Assembly (NCBI GenBank): GCA_951406725.2
Contig: OX597839.1
Coordinates: 23,312,001-23,376,000, forward strand
From: Octopus vulgaris
Lineage: Eukaryota
Reading direction: 5' to 3'
Length of the DNA: 64,000 nt
Shown: piece after piece, positions 1 through 13,215 of the stretch
Numbering within the stretch: the stretch's first letter is position 1
How the letters are laid out: every line of letters starts with the position of its first letter
The notes under the pieces: model-generated
Databases searched by the model: none
What the model saw: only the letters and a program-made list of their open reading frames with translations
Told to the model about the DNA's origin: nothing
Program-made: the position numbers and the translations under genes

Positions 1-29
1 GATTGTGCAAGGCCTTCTTCATCTTCTCC

Positions 30-379
30 TGAGGTCACACTGAAGAACGACCTCAGGATGTTGAATCTTTCAGGCAAGATGACAAAGCACCGAGATGCCT
101 GGCACCTTACTGCAATCAAGAAGATCCATACTCCACACCACAAGTGTTTAGGCCGCTCCTTCTGGTTGTGTAATGCACTCATGGTGGTGCCATGTAAAAG
201 TGCCATGCAATGCCACATAAAAGCAGTCGTCACACTCTGTAAAGTGGTTGGCATGTTAGGAAGGGCATCCTAACATGCCTTCTAGAAACCATACTAAATC
301 AGACTGGAGACTGGTGCAGCTCCCCTAGCTTGCCAGCTCTGGTCACACTCTCCAACCCACACCAGCTTGGACAACGGAT

Positions 380-381
<2 letters not shown>
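30..381 (+). mobile_element. RTE-type LINE 3' end (C-terminal codons plus 3' UTR, 'family C')
   Basis: Translates KNDLRMLNLSGKMTKHRDAW, like the RTE C-terminus at 8083-8673. Followed by the gtggttggc..ttaggaagggcatcc..ccaaccca 3' UTR seen many times in the window. Confidence 0.7.
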
Positions 382-411
<30 letters not shown>

Positions 412-511
412 AAGAAGAAGAAGGAGGAGGAGAAGGAGGAGGAGGAGGAGGAGGAGGAGGAGAAGAAGAAGAAGAAGAAGAAGAAGAAGAAGAAGAAGAA
501 GAAGAAGATGG

Positions 512-542
<31 letters not shown>

Positions 543-591
543 GATGATGATGATGATGATGATGAAGAAGAAGAAGAAGAGAAAAAGATGG

Positions 592-625
<34 letters not shown>

Positions 626-690
626 GAAGAAGAAGAAGAAGAAGAAGAAGAAGAAGAAGAAGAAGAAGAAGAAGAAGAAGAAGAAGAACT
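382..690. repeat. Compound (GAA)/(GAG)/(GAT) microsatellite
   Basis: Directly visible; abuts the RTE tail. Confidence 0.97.
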
Positions 691-779
691 TGATGAAAAC
701 ATTTCAATATATATATGTGATTAGAGCAGTAATTTGGTTATGAAGTTAGGAGGTCTTGTAGTCATGGATGGTGACCTCA

Positions 780-965
780 TAAGGGCAGGTGCCATGTAAA
801 AAGGCACCCAGTACTCTCTGTAAAATAGTTGGTGTCAGGAAGAGCATCCAGCTGAGGAAACCTCGCCAAAGCAGACGATGGGGCACAGTGCAATCCTTGG
901 ACCTGTCTGATCCTGCCAAACCATCCAGTCTATGCCAGCAGGGAACAAGGATATAAAATGATGTA
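780..965 (+). mobile_element. Degenerate family C (RTE 3' UTR) copy
   Basis: ggtgccatgtaaaaaggcaccc..gttggtgtcaggaagagcatccagctg..atgccagca..atgatg. Confidence 0.65.
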
Positions 966-1434
966 CATCATGTCCCTGCATGTTAGTTAAAAGGGTTGTC
1001 ATTAGGGAGAATCTCTGGCCTTAAAACACTCCATCAAAAAAAAAAAAAAGAAAAAATCTGACCCATGCCTACATGGAAATGTGGAAGTAAAACACTGACA
1101 ATCTCTCCAATAAAAAAAAAAAACCATGGCTACCACAACAACAACAACAACGAAATACAGGCTTGTTGCCTCAAAACCCTCAACAGGTTGCATCTAAACT
1201 CTGCACTCCACCCTCATCCGCACACACACTCCAGCCCCTCCACACACACAGTATTGAATAAATAAACAAATTAAAGTGTTTTAAGAGTATTAACCGGATC
1301 CAAGAGCAATGCCAACATCTGCGACAACAAGGAATGATAGCTTCTCGGATGAATAATTACACCGAATTATAGTTCCAGCAGCCGGTGGGGAGGGGTAGAG
1401 TTAGGTTATCGACATAACGAGGGGGAAAGCCAAG

Positions 1435-1797
1435 GATTATGATTCTTATTATTATTACTATCATCATCATCATCATCATCTTTACCATCATCACCATCAT
1501 CGTCATCATCATCACCACCACCACTACCACTATCACCACCACCACCACCACCATCATCATCATCACCACCACCACCATCATCACCACCACCACATCAACA
1601 TCATCATCATCGTCATCATCGTCACCGCCACCACCACCACCACCATCACCATCACCACCATCATCATTGTCATCATCGTCACCACCACCACCACTATCAT
1701 CATCATCACCACTACCACCACCACCATCACCACCACCACCACTACCGTCATCATCGTCACCACCACCACCATCATCATCATCATCACCACCACCACC

Positions 1798-1831
<34 letters not shown>

Positions 1832-1940
1832 TCATCATCGTCATCATCATCACCACCACCACCACCATCACCATCACCACCATCAACATCTTCATCATCA
1901 TCGTCATCATCATCGTTGTCGTCATCATTATTATTATGAT
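1435..1940. repeat. (CAT)/(CAC) compound trinucleotide repeat
   Basis: Directly visible. Confidence 0.95.
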
Positions 1941-2339
1941 TAGGATTCGTCTGTGTCTCGTCCTCCATGTTTTCTGTTCAGCCCTGGTGGCCAACAAAGA
2001 AAGTATTATTATCATTATTGTTGTTATTGTTGTTGTTGTTGTTTGCCTGATTTATTAATTGCATCGAAGCAGAAGACTTGTTGATTTGATTAAATTTCAT
2101 CAGTCATAATTAGTCGAAACAAAAAAACACGGAGAAGAAGATCTGCTCGTTAAAACGAAATATAATTTAATCTTTTAATTAATTACATTTGTAAAAAGTT
2201 AATACAAGATGTGAGAAGTGTGGGGGGAGTGGGGCGAGGTGGGGGGGGATTGAAGTGGTGGTCGAGGGCGGAAGACATGGCGTTTCACTTGAATTTAATA
2301 GTTCTGGGGTAGTGAGGGCAAAAATGACTGAACGTGTCA

Positions 2340-3035
2340 GTGTGTGTGTGTGTGTGTGTGTGTGCGTGTGTGTGTGTGTGTGTGCATCAGAGTGTATGTC
2401 TGTGTGTGTGTGTGTTTGTACGTGCATCAGAGTGCATGTCTGTGTGTGTGTGTGTTTGTACGTGCATCAGAGTGCATGTCTGTGTGTGTGTGTGTGTGAA
2501 TGTGTATGTGGTCACCTTTGTGCATAAATTTCTGTGTGTGTGTGTGTGTGTAACTGTGAGTCTGTATGGGTGTGTGGGAGTACATGTGTGCCTGAGATAG
2601 AAAGCGTGTGTGTAGGGGGTAACTATGTGTGAGTATCTGTGACGGAATGTGTGTGTCTGTTATAGTGTGTGTGTCTCTCTCTCACCTGTGTGTGTGTGTG
2701 TGTATACTCACCTACAGATGTGCATTTGAGTGTGTGTGTGTATGTGTGTATCTGTGGCAGAGTATGTGTGTGTGTTTGCATGCAGGTGTATGTGTCTGTG
2801 ACAGTGTGTGTATATATTCATCTGTCAATGCACATTTGTGTGTGTGTGTGTGTGTGTGTGTGTTTATGTGTGTATGTGTATGTGTGTGTATGTGTCTGAC
2901 AGTGTGTGTATATATTCATCTGTCAATACACATTTGTGTGTGTGTGTGTTTATGTGTGTATGTGTATGTGTGTGTATGTGTCTGACAGTGTGTGTATATA
3001 TTCATCTGTCAATGCACATTTGTGTGTGTGTGTGT
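2340..3035. repeat. (GT)n-rich repeat with higher-order duplicated units
   Basis: Repeated units gtgcatcagagtg and gacagtgtgtgtatatattcatctgtcaat (3x) inside (GT)n. Confidence 0.9.
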
Positions 3036-3228
3036 GTTGGTAGGTTTGTTTACATTCTTATGACACCTCAACTGTCTGTTTATCTTTCTGTGAATCTCTC
3101 CAATTTAGAGTTTCTTTCAGAACAAAGACTGTTAATTCTAACACAGTTTTTAGTGAAACAACATTTTACTTCGTTCTTCCCTCTTTTTTTTCCTTCCCCC
3201 TTCCACCCCCTACTTACAAATTACAAAG

Positions 3229-3396
3229 GAACAGGCTGTGACCCCAACCTGTGAAGACCCTCCAGGATCAGTCAATGATCTTGATGTCATTGACATTCCA
3301 TTGGAACTATTACAGAACAATACATACCAAAAAGACATGTGCAGGAAGAAGATTCCAGAGGGATTATGCTCGGGGGAGAAAGGAATGGTCATAGCG
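3229..3396 (+). CDS. Candidate internal exon of an unidentified host gene (56 aa, phase 0-0)
   Basis: Pyrimidine tract 3168-3210, AG at 3227-3228, and 168 nt open ([29 protein letters not shown]...GEKGMVIA). Ends at donor GCG|GTAAGG. No homology recognised. Confidence 0.35.
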
Positions 3397-3620
3397 GTAA
3401 GGAAGAGTCATATTAATAAAGACCATAATCAGATCCACCAGTTGTTGCTTGTCTACATTTCAATTCTTTCCCTTTTTCCAAAACATAGAACATCTTATAT
3501 TTTATCTATCATTTTTGAATTTTTTGTGTGTTTCAGTCATTCCGTTGTGGCCATGCTGAGGCACCACCTTCAAGAATTTTTAGTTGAATAAATAGCACCT
3601 AGTACTTATTTCTTTTTTAC

Positions 3621-3841
3621 CCCTTTAGTGTTCAGATTACTCTGTTAAATATAATACTTTTTCACTCAAATTGTTTTTAATTAATCCTGCATTATCTTAT
3701 AACTTTTGAGGTTTCAGTGATGTGATTGTTTATTTTTAGCATGACATTGTAGGTTTGGTGTGAGAGGCCTGATATCGCCTGTTTCAATATAAAACTTTTA
3801 GAATATTTGGGCCGGATGTGGCCGGTTTAAAGACTAAAGGG
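3621..3841 (-). mobile_element. ~220-bp piggyBac-type MITE (family F), inside a SINE A 3' remnant
   Basis: Termini ccctttag...ctaaaggg; homologous to 15721, 60972 and 61943; TTAA flanks degraded. Confidence 0.8.
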
Positions 3842-3869
3842 TAGCTTGGTATTTATTCTATCAGTCTGT

Positions 3870-4125
3870 TTATGGAAGACCAGCAGTCGCCCATGCATAC
3901 CAGCCTTCCCTCATTCCACCACTGATGTTATCCAAGAGAGAGTCAAAGGCCAATACAGCTTGACACCAGTGATGTTGGAATTCATTTCTACAGATGAGTG
4001 AACTGGAGCAATGTGAAATAAAGTGTCTTGCTCAAGAACGCAACACACAGTCCATTCCAGGAATTGAACTCACAACTTCACAGTTGTAAGCCTTACACTT
4101 CAACCACTGAGCTAAGTGCCTTCAC
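3870..4125 (-). mobile_element. tRNA-derived SINE family D, partial
   Basis: Reverse complement of the 53387-53726 element (head, cttgagcaagacactttatttcac core, gcatgggcgactgctggtcttccat). Confidence 0.8.
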
Positions 4126-4699
4126 AGACATTATTTAACTACAGGGAAGCAAAAGACGATATTTCTCAAAGAGGAAATGAAGTTGGACCTCTACAGGTCA
4201 AGATTTGGCACCTGAGGATTCATAGAAGCAACTGGTTTATCTCTAACCAGTGACCTTACAACAGGTCATCATTAGATGGACTTTATATGATATACCAAAT
4301 ACCTTGAACACAATGGACAGTTTAAAGTACATGGCCAGCACAAGATAAAGCCAAGATGGGAATATAAAATCTTGATAATGAGTGAAACACACTCAAAATA
4401 TCGAATTAAAGAAAAATATTAAACATTATTTAAACACATCGGATGTTATGATACAAATGAACGTTTGTAAGAAGTGTGTAGACGCTTAAGAGGAAACGTG
4501 TTAAAAGTATATTAAAATTAAATAGGCTCTCCAACGCAGCTACACTCATGCAACTTTAGCAAGTGAGAGACTGGAGCCAGTAAAAATTATAGTATGTACA
4601 CAGCAAGATCCCAGTAGATGTAAAGATTAAATTAGAATTTCTAGATACAGGAATGACTGGAATTGAAAAGGTGGCTTTGCAGCCACTTGGTTCAATCAC

Positions 4700-4764
4700 T
4701 GGACACACTGTATGCACACAGATACACACAAACACGTATATACACTCACATACATGTACATACA

Positions 4765-4814
<50 letters not shown>

Positions 4815-4833
4815 GTGTGTGGGTGTATATATA

Positions 4834-4867
<34 letters not shown>

Positions 4868-4923
4868 GTATATATGCTCACATATATACACACACAGATA
4901 TACATATATATACATGTATATAC

Positions 4924-4961
<38 letters not shown>

Positions 4962-4982
4962 GAATATACATGTATTTATATA

Positions 4983-5030
<48 letters not shown>

Positions 5031-5050
5031 TGCATGTATGTATATATATT
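4700..5050. repeat. (TA)/(CA) compound microsatellite
   Basis: Directly visible; representative of dozens of similar tracts in the window. Confidence 0.95.
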
Positions 5051-5196
5051 GATTTAACATCCATATTTTGAGGCTCAGGTGACCAACTGAATAATTGGAA
5101 ATATGTAACTTGGAGTATTGGAATTATTGAGCTCTAAAAGTCATCACTTCTTGCTGCATCAACAGCGTTTGGTATGTGTATACGGTGATCATCATT

Positions 5197-5228
<32 letters not shown>

Positions 5229-5445
5229 TTTTATGCCTACTTTTCAATGCTTTCAGGGGTCAAACAGTATTTTTCAAGGCAGATTGTCTATAATTGGATG
5301 CCTTTCCTGGTGCCAACACTAATTTGGGCTACAGTAGAAGACATTTGCTCAAGGTGCCATGCAGCAAGACTGAACCCAGAACCATGTGGGTGGAAAGCAA
5401 GTTCCTTACCACACAGTCATGCCAGCACCTATATATATATATGTA

Positions 5446-5678
5446 AAGGTGGCGAGCTGGCAAAAACGTTAGCATGCCGGGCGAAATGCGTAGCCGTATT
5501 TCGTCTGCCGCTACGTTCTGAGTTCAAATTCCGCCAAGGTCGACTTTGCCTTTCATCCCTTCGGGGTCGATAAATAAAGTACCAGTTTCGCACTGGGGTC
5601 GATGTAATCGGCTTAATCCCTTTGCCAGTCCTTGTTTGTCCCCTCTATGTTTAGCCCCTTGTGGGCAGTAAAGAAATA
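5446..5678 (+). mobile_element. tRNA-derived SINE family B, B1 tail
   Basis: A-box-like gagctggcaaaaacg, B-box gagttcaaattcc, core gtcgactttgcctttcatcc..ggggtcgataaa, tail tagccccttgtggg..aaagaaata. Confidence 0.88.
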
Positions 5679-5696
5679 TATATGTATATGTACATA

Positions 5697-5858
5697 ATGG
5701 GGCTCTTTCAGCTTTCGTCTACCAAATCCACTGACAAGGCTTCGGTCAGCCTGAGGCTATAGTAGAAGACACTTGCCCTAGGTGCCATGAAGTGGGACTG
5801 AACCCAGAACCATGTGGTTGGGAAGCACACTTCTTAGCAACACAGCCACGCCTGTCTG
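5697..5858 (-). mobile_element. SINE family A, 5' half (another at ~5325-5430)
   Basis: Reverse complement of the A head and core. Confidence 0.8.
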
Positions 5859-6532
5859 TGGAATACTGCAATTCAAAGAGCAGGTGGTTGAATGGATCTA
5901 ACGACAACCAGCTTACTCATCATCAAAAACCGACAGCAACATCCGCGGACTTTAATGGTTCGCTCTTCCGTTGAATTATCCACGATAACAGTTATTTGTT
6001 CCTTCAACCTCTGCGCTACACCTTAACTACCTCCCCCAACTGCACCACCGCCAACACCACCACCGTTACTATCACAAGCAATCTGCTCTCCCCTTGCATA
6101 TAAATTCATAGGCTTTGATCCAGAGATCTCCCTGCTGGCTCTTTGCATCCCGCCATCCGACTGACCTGCCTGCCGTGCAATCGACCTCACCAACTACCCC
6201 CATCACCGACACCCTCCACCTCCTTGCGTGTGTATGTGCATGTTTGTATTTGCTGCTGTGTGTGTGTGTGTGTGTGTGTGTTCTGTGTTAGGGGTTGTAT
6301 TAGTCACTGTTACATAGATATTAAGGATCTCAGACAAAACCAGACGGGATCAAGGGATCAGAAGTGAAGGTAGCAGCCATTATCTGGGAAATTACTTTTC
6401 CTTGGAAGTGTGTGGTGGCCAGGGGAAGGCCATTAAAGGGTCCACATTTAGTTTGTGAGAGAGAGCGTCTGTGTATGTGTGTGTGTGTGATAATTTGTAC
6501 TTGTACAGATTTACACAGGCACATATATATAT

Positions 6533-6568
<36 letters not shown>

Positions 6569-6732
6569 CATACATAAACATATATATATGTGTGTGTGTG
6601 TATATATATATGTATATACTTTTGTATATATATGTGTGAGTGTATATATATAACAGAATGTGCATGTGTATAATTGTGCTTACATATGTGTAAACAGCAT
6701 ACGCATACACACACACACACACACACACACAA

Positions 6733-6786
6733 TGGGGTGGGGTGGGGTGGGGTGGGGTGGGGGTGGGGTGGGGTGGGGTGGGGTGG
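6733..6786 (+). repeat. (GGGGT)n tract, G-quadruplex-capable
   Basis: About 10 G4-G5 runs separated by single T. Confidence 0.85.
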
Positions 6787-6975
6787 AGAGAGAAATGGTT
6801 TCCAAATTGTAGTTATTTGTTAATCTGTCTTTAAATAGTAGTTTATCCTCCGTGTCCCTAAACGCCACATCTATTCCTCCACACACACACACATTTATCT
6901 ACATGTCCATATATACAGAGCCACAGATATACATATATTTATATATATATATACACACAGACATATATTTGTGTG

Positions 6976-7021
<46 letters not shown>

Positions 7022-7297
7022 ATATATATGTGTATATATATATATATATATGTATGTATATATATATATACACACATATATATATATATGTATGTATGTA
7101 TATCTATATACATACACACACATTTATATACATACTCATATATATGTATGTATATACGTGTGTCTATGTAAACAGGGGGACATTTGATGTTGATGCAATT
7201 TTTGCAAGGCTCCCAAATCAGATTATTTGCAATAATTCTGGCATTTGTTGGATCTCAGATAAGGCTTCACCATTCTGTCTTTCTCGCTCACCTTCAT

Positions 7298-7330
<33 letters not shown>

Positions 7331-7535
7331 TGCAAGCGCCTACACACATACATGCGTGCACACGCACACACACACACTCTTTCTCCCTCTTTCTATCCCT
7401 CCCATCATCTCTCTTTCCAGCTATCTATCCTTCCCTCTCTTTCTAAGTCTTCCTCTCTCTCTTCCTATTTGTTTGTCTCTGTCTATCTGTCTGTCTCTCT
7501 CTCTCTCTCCCTTTCTCTTTCTATCTTTTTATATA

Positions 7536-7566
<31 letters not shown>

Positions 7567-7569
7567 TCT

Positions 7570-7705
7570 TTTCTACTCTAGGCACAATGCCTGAAATTTT
7601 TGGGGTGGGGGCCAGTCAATTAGATTGACCCCAGTATGCAAATGGTACTTAATTTATCGACCCCAAAAGGATGAAAGGCAAAGTCAACTTGGTGGAATTT
7701 GTACT
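7570..7705 (-). mobile_element. SINE family B, B2 tail, partial
   Basis: ggtacttaatttatcgaccccaaaaggatgaaaggcaaagtc is the reverse complement of the B core. Confidence 0.8.
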
Positions 7706-7837
7706 AAATATATATATATATACATTTTTTTTTTTGCTATCAATATTTTCCATACTTAAATTCTTCACATCATTTTCTCTTCCATGTCCAACTGTTGCTC
7801 TGTTTGCCATCCTGTCTGTCCATACCACAATCACAAG

Positions 7838-10613
7838 GACCAGTCAGGCAGTACTGGCATCAACTAAGCTCGAATGGTACTTTTTACATGCCACCGACAC
7901 AGGTGCCAGTCAGGCAGTACTGGCATCAACCATGCTTGAATGGTGCTTTTTACATGCCACCAGCACAGGTGCCAATCAGGTGGTACTTTCATCGGTCACG
8001 ACAACGACTTCACTTGCCTCAACAGGTCTTCTCAAGCGTAGTTGATTGCCCAATGATTGAACGGTACTCATAAATGGGCCAGTTATGCTGCACTAGCATA
8101 GGCCATGGTTACGGTCTCAGCTTGCCGGGTCTTCTCAAGCACAGCATATCTCCAAAGGTCTCGGTTACTTGTCATTGCCTTGGTGAGGCCCAACATTTGA
8201 AAGTCATGCTTCACCACCTCATCCCAGGTCTTCCTGGGTCTACCCCTTCCACACGTTCCTTCTACTACTAGGGTGTGACACTTTTTCACACAACTGTATT
8301 CATCCATTTTCGCTACATGACCATACCAGCGAAGTCGTCTCTCTTGCACACCACATCTCATGCTTCTTATGTCCAACTTTTCTCTCAGGGTACTTACACA
8401 CTGTTGAGTATACACACTGACATTACACATCCATCGGATCATACTGGCTTCATTCCTTGCAAGCTTACACATGTCCTCAGCAGTCACGGCCCATGTTTTA
8501 CTGCTATGTAGCATGGCTGTTCGTACACATGCGTCATACAGTCTACCTTTTACTCTGAGCGTGAGGCCTTTTGTCACCAGTAGAGGTAGGAGCTCTCTGA
8601 ACTTTGTCCAGGCTATTCTTATTCTAGCAGCTACACTCTCAGAGCACCCACCCACCACTACTGACTTGGTCACCTAGGTAACGGAAGCTATCAACTACTT
8701 CTAGTTTTTCTCCCTGGAATGTGGTGGAAGCTGTTCCTTGCACATTTTCAGTGTTTATTGCTCCTGAACATCTGCCACATACAAAAACTATCTTCCTAGT
8801 TAGCCTTCCTTTGATATTGCTGCACTTCTTATGTGTCCATAGCTTACAGAGGGTACATCTTATGGAGTTTCCACCTATGCCTTTTCTACAGATCGAGCAG
8901 GGCCATCTACCTGAAGGGATTTATGGTTTGTCTGCCTTCCTACTTATTAAAACTTTGGTTTTTGCTAGATTGACTCTAAGGCCCCTCGATTCTAGACCTT
9001 GCTTCCACACCTGAAACTTCTCTTCTAGTTCAGATAGTGACTCAGTTATTAGAGCAAGGTCATCAGCATAGGGAATCTCCCAGGGGCATCCTGTCTTGAA
9101 TTCCTCTGTTATTGCCTGGAGAACTATGATGAATGAATAAGAGGAAACTGAGAACTGAACCTTGGTGGACCCCTACCTCTACCCAGAATTCTTCACTGTA
9201 CTCATTGCCAACCCTCACCTCACTGACAGCATCCGTGCACATGGCTAGTACAGCTCTCACTAACCACTCATATATCCCTAGTTTCAGCATTGACCACCAG
9301 ATAAGGTACAGAGGTTTATCTTTGGCTAGGTATTTCTCCTGCAGCTGTCTTACCAGAAATTTAGCATCAGTGGTCCTTTTCCCTGGTACAAACCCAAACT
9401 GCATCTCGTCTAGACTGACTCTCTTCCTAATTAGTTGGGCTATGGCCCTCTCCATGACTTTCATTACCTGATCCAACAACTTGATACCTCTGTAATTATT
9501 CGCATCTAATGCATCACCTTTACCTTTGTAGCAGTTGACTATGGTGCTGCTATACAAGACATTGGGTACGACTCCTTCATGTATCACCTGATTGACTATA
9601 CAGGTGACTAGACTATATCTGATGCCAACAGATATTTTAAGCATCTCTGCAGTGATTCCTGATGGGCCAGGGGATTTCCTTGTCTTCATACCCTTAATTG
9701 CTTTATCTACCAAGGTACTGTTAATTCGGATAGCAGGTCTCTCTGTTGGGTCAACATGCAGCAGACTCTCTTTCTCCAATTCATTCTCTTCATTTGGCAA
9801 CCTTTCATAGAGGCATCTCCAAATCTCTCTCCTTGCAGCCTCATTAAATGCAAGCGAACTATCATCCACGTGGACACATTTCTCTCCTATAACATCATGA
9901 TACTCTCTCACATACTGTCTTGCAACATGAAAGTCTTTGGTCCTCACGACACAGAACATGGCAAATTTTTTCGTATCTGCTTCCCTTTTGACTAAGTAAA
10001 CCTGTCTCCTAGTTTCCCTTCTGGCAATCTGATACAGTTCCCTGCCACCACCAGTCTTCCAGTCCTTCCATATCTATTTCTTTTCCCTAATGGCCCTATT
10101 AAATACATTGTCCGACCACTTGGGTCGAGAGGGGACTTTGGACCATCCACGGATCTGGTCAGTAGCCCTCAACTGGTTGTCCCATAGAAACCTCCAGTTG
10201 TCTTCCACATCATGTCATGCTATATTCCACTTCTATTTCGTCAAAAGCTTCAAGCAACATGTCTCTAAATCTCTGTCCCTCTGCAGGATCCTGAAGCTTT
10301 CAGACCCTTCTTCTCCATGCTGGTCGTCTTCTGGGTATCCATTTAGCCCTGATCCTGAGGTCGCTAACTACTAACCTATGTTGTGGAGTGCATTCTTCCC
10401 TTGGGAAAATTTTGGCATTCATAAGTGGCCATCTTTCCCATTTCCTGGGGAGGATGTAATCAATTTGACTAGTGTGTCCACCAGGTCAGTAGGTGAATAG
10501 GTGGCTGGCAGGTTTCCTGAAGTTAGTATTACAAATCATAAGATCATTGCACCGCAGAACTCCAGCAGCCTGGTACCCTCCTCATTGCAAGAACCAAAAC
10601 CATAGCCTCCATG
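7838..10613 (-). mobile_element. Degraded RTE-clade LINE: endonuclease remnant, RT, C-terminus and tandem-repeat 3' UTR
   Basis: Motifs KSPGPSG, YKGKGDALDANNYRGIKLL, QFGFVPG, GVHQGSVLS, YADD (9059-9070), FRYLG, RLRWYGHV and GRGRPRKTW. Several frameshifts and stops. Confidence 0.95.
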
Positions 10614-10616
10614 TTA

Positions 10617-10854
10617 TTCTCTTTACTCTTTACTCTTTTACTTGTTTCAGTCATTTGACTGCGGCCATGCTGGAGCACCACCTTTAGTCAAGCAACTCGA
10701 CCCCGAGACTTATTCTTTTTGTAAGCCCAGTACTTATTCTATCGGTCTCTTTTTGCCGAACCGCTAAGTGACGGGGACGTAAACACACCAGACGTAAACA
10801 CAAGCAATGCTAGGGGAACAAACACAGACACACAAACACACACATATATATATG

Positions 10855-10916
<62 letters not shown>

Positions 10917-11086
10917 TATATACAACAGGCTTCTTTCAGTTTCCGTCTACCAAATCCACTCACAAGGCATTGGTCGGCCCGAGGCTATAGCAGAAGACAC
11001 TTGCCCAAGGTGCCACGCAGTGGGACTGAACCTGGAACCATGTGGCTGGTAAGCAAGCTACTTACCACACAGCCACTCCTGCGCCT
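10617..11086 (-). mobile_element. Full-length SINE family A (tRNA head, CORE-like caccttgggcaagtg, internal TA/CA tract)
   Basis: Closely matches 27909, 35958, 50326 and 61278. Tail is ggtgctccagcatggccgcagtcaaatgactgaaac followed by (aagagta)n. Confidence 0.92.
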
Positions 11087-11439
11087 ATATCTACAGTGAA
11101 AAAAAAAAAGAGGTTTTGATGTGTGTTAGGTTGAATAACAAGGTTGCTTATCTCAACATCTGGTTTTCTACTCCGTTTGGTGGGGTAATGACTCCAGTAG
11201 GATGAAAGACAAAGTTCACTTCGATAGGGTTTGAACTCAGAATGCAAAGAACTGGAATAAATGCTGTAAGACGGTTAGTCCAATATTTGAACAATTCAGT
11301 TAATTAGTCACCCCGTCCCCACCCGTCCCCTCCCGTTGATGCTTGCTAATCTCAAATATTGATCCCTTACCCTCATCACGTGACCACACCCATTCTCCAT
11401 TGATTGCCTTTACCCTTGTTTGCACTACGAAGCCCAGCC

Positions 11440-11801
11440 ACTGACCACCATCGCCACCACCTCCACCACCTCCACCATCATCATTATCATTACTACCACC
11501 ATCGCCTTTCCCCACCACCAAGACCACCACAAACACCGCCACCACTACCACTACCATCACCACCACTACAGTCCATGCCACCCCAGGACCCTGTCCTACC
11601 ACTCCCCACCACCACCACCACCACTACTACTTCTGCAACTCACACTACCCTGCCTTCCCTCCACAACCACTGACCAGCACCAGCATCATCATCACCACCA
11701 TCACTAGCCTCAGCTGCCCCACCATTCGATGCAACACCCACCATCCACCACACCTGTCTCCCCTCCATTCTACCACCATCACCACCACAACCACCACAAC
11801 C

Positions 11802-11833
<32 letters not shown>

Positions 11834-11838
11834 CACTA

Positions 11839-11870
<32 letters not shown>

Positions 11871-11897
11871 ACTACTACTACTACTAATACTACTACC

Positions 11898-11944
<47 letters not shown>

Positions 11945-11945
11945 C

Positions 11946-11978
<33 letters not shown>

Positions 11979-11979
11979 G

Positions 11980-12042
<63 letters not shown>

Positions 12043-12065
12043 ATACTACCACCACCGCCGCCACC
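11440..12065. repeat. (CAC)/(TAC) low-complexity tract
   Basis: Directly visible. Confidence 0.9.
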
Positions 12066-12419
12066 CCACACCGCACCTGTTGGCCCTCCATTCCGTCACA
12101 TGACTTCAAAGTTTGGTGAGTCAGATCCGGAGAGTCGGGTGTTGTTGTAGGACAACAACCGAGTCTGTAATTACTTTGGGAAAACGAGAAGAAACGTGGA
12201 CCTCATTTGCATAGGGAACGACCCTAATTGCCCAACCAACAAGTGATGGCAGGAGAGGCTGCCACGGGGGTGGGGTGGGGGTGGGGGGTGGCAAGGGGGA
12301 AACTACCTGTTTCTGCATCTCCTCCCATGGCCCTCAACATTGGATCCCATGCATTTATTCCGCTTTACCTCAACTGCAGTTACTCTTGTATTTACAGAGG
12401 GGGTGGGAGGGACAATAGT

Positions 12420-12640
12420 GGGTTTGGTGGTGGTGGTGATGGCAGCGGGAGATGGTGGTGGTGGAGATGGTGGTGGTGGTGGTGGTGATGGCAGTGGTGG
12501 AGATGGTGGTGGTGGTGGTGGTGGAGATTGTGGTGGTGGTGATGGTGGTGGTGGTGATGGTGGTGGTGTTGATGGTGGTGGGGGTGGTGATGGCAGCGGT
12601 GGAGATGGTGGTGGTGGTGGTGGTGGTGGTAGTGGTGGTG
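12420..12640. repeat. (GGT)n tract
   Basis: Directly visible. Confidence 0.92.
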
Positions 12641-12942
12641 ACTGAAGCTTAACTCGATTTTGTCTTGATTAAAGATGATTGACAGTTTACCAGATGGTAG
12701 AGCGGTGGGGGGGAGGGGGGGTTGAGGAAGGTAATGGTACAGTGGCTGCAGTGGAAGGAGGGAAAAAAGAAGAAGGATGGAAATGTCAGTAACAGCAGTA
12801 ATACAGTGGTGGTGGTCGTGGTATGGCAGACGCACTGGATGGAGAGGGAGAATAAGATGAAACTGATAGGAGGGGGTTGGTGGGGGGATTGCTGTGCCAT
12901 GATGCAGTGGCGGAGGTGATGGGGTGTGTAGATAATGATAAT

Positions 12943-12980
<38 letters not shown>

Positions 12981-13128
12981 GTATATATATATATATATAG
13001 CGCCGGCCGACAATATATGGATTTTACGAAACTGAAAGAAGCCTGTCGTATATATATATATATATATATAAATACACGATGCTGGTGTGTTTACGTCCCG
13101 TATATATATATATATATATGTATATATA

Positions 13129-13178
<50 letters not shown>

Positions 13179-13215
13179 TATATATATACATAGAGAGAGA
13201 GAGAGAGAAAAAGAG

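Noticed and set aside
294-707. Poly-amino-acid and YI/CV/HT-repeat ORFs throughout the ORF track
   Set aside because: Translations of microsatellites; open only because the repeats lack stop codons.
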